Assembly: GCA_024704765.1 (NCBI GenBank)
Contig: JAKMXF010000332.1
Span: 664,018-728,017 of the forward strand
From: Oopsacas minuta
Taxonomy: Eukaryota; Animalia; Porifera
DNA: 64,000 bases
Reading direction: 5' to 3'
Positions 63,567 through 64,000 of this stretch are shown here, piece by piece. The stretch's first letter is position 1. Each line of letters starts with the position of its first letter. Under the pieces are notes generated by a model. It worked only from the letters and a program-made list of their open reading frames with translations, was not told the DNA's origin and searched no databases. The position numbers were made by a program, and so were the translations under genes.

Positions 63567-64000
63567 TCAGAGAAAACATTCTATTTTATTATGTAGAACT
63601 TGACAATATTTAAGTGCAGTACTGATGGTTGTTAACATGCATTTTAAAGTAGGTACTTGACAACTGCCTTCACCCTGATAAATAACCTCATATTCTTTAC
63701 CGCCGGATCCATCTAATACTACATTTATCAACGATTCTTGTTGGCAGAGGGAGACTATTGGCTTCGTGTTTTGAAGATGATACCTGTGTTGAGATGTTGA
63801 AAGATAAAACACAGTGACAATAAGATGGAAAGAAGAGAGGAAAATATTCAGTAATATTTCTTCTGGAAGTGTAGGTTTGAAAATCATCTGTTTCGAATGA
63901 ATATCTCTTAAATCTGGTCTTTTTGGAGTTTCGAATATATCCTGACAACTGTGAAGAGAGTGAATAATATCTGATAATAGGATAGCCAAATAATAAGGAG
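63567..64000 (-). CDS. ROGDI: ROGDI homolog (RAVE/Rabconnectin-associated), 3' coding part, open to the window edge
   Basis: MIFKPTLPEEILLNIFLSSFHLIVTVFYL...YEV...VPTL...ALKYCQVLHNKIECF parallels Rogdi [28 protein letters not shown]...VIPWL...SLQLCQQLKDKISVF (recalled alignment). Confidence 0.72.
   Translation of the reverse strand, partial: PYYLAILLSDIIHSLHSCQDIFETPKRPDLRDIHSKQMIFKPTLPEEILLNIFLSSFHLIVTVFYLSTSQHRYHLQNTKPIVSLCQQESLINVVLDGSGGKEYEVIYQGEGSCQVPTLKCMLTTISTALKYCQVLHNKIECFL

Noticed and set aside
1-64000. Most ORF-track entries under about 110 aa, and any rRNA or tRNA genes
   Set aside because: The short ORFs are antisense or off-frame shadows of transposase remnants or random AT-rich frames. 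No cloverleaf or rRNA-like conserved sequence was recognised by eye.

Overview
AT-rich eukaryotic DNA, probably an invertebrate animal (the species cannot be assigned from sequence alone), densely packed with DNA transposons. Host genes: three in-phase exons of eIF3d on + (4721-4922, 33475-33699, 42003-42641; the 5' exons lie upstream of the window), separated by transposon-filled introns of 28.6 kb and 8.3 kb, and the 3' coding part of a ROGDI homolog on - at the right edge. The best-preserved element is a complete 5.9-kb Ginger-type DNA transposon (26869-32792, perfect 42-bp TIRs, GATC TSD). Its 7-exon gene encodes a retroviral-type integrase joined in frame, across a single TAA, to a USP-like cysteine protease. 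Three divergent, decayed RAG1-like (Transib superfamily) transposase copies are present. Two of them keep a CX2CX3GH-type C-terminal motif and end in a perfect CACAGTG heptamer. Also present: a full-length Chapaev3 element, further Chapaev-type remnants, several hAT and mariner elements (including a near-identical inverted mariner pair 40 kb apart), a 914-bp foldback Tc1-type element and many MITEs. No rRNA, tRNA or CRISPR array was found. All protein-family calls come from by-eye motif recognition; no database searches were run.
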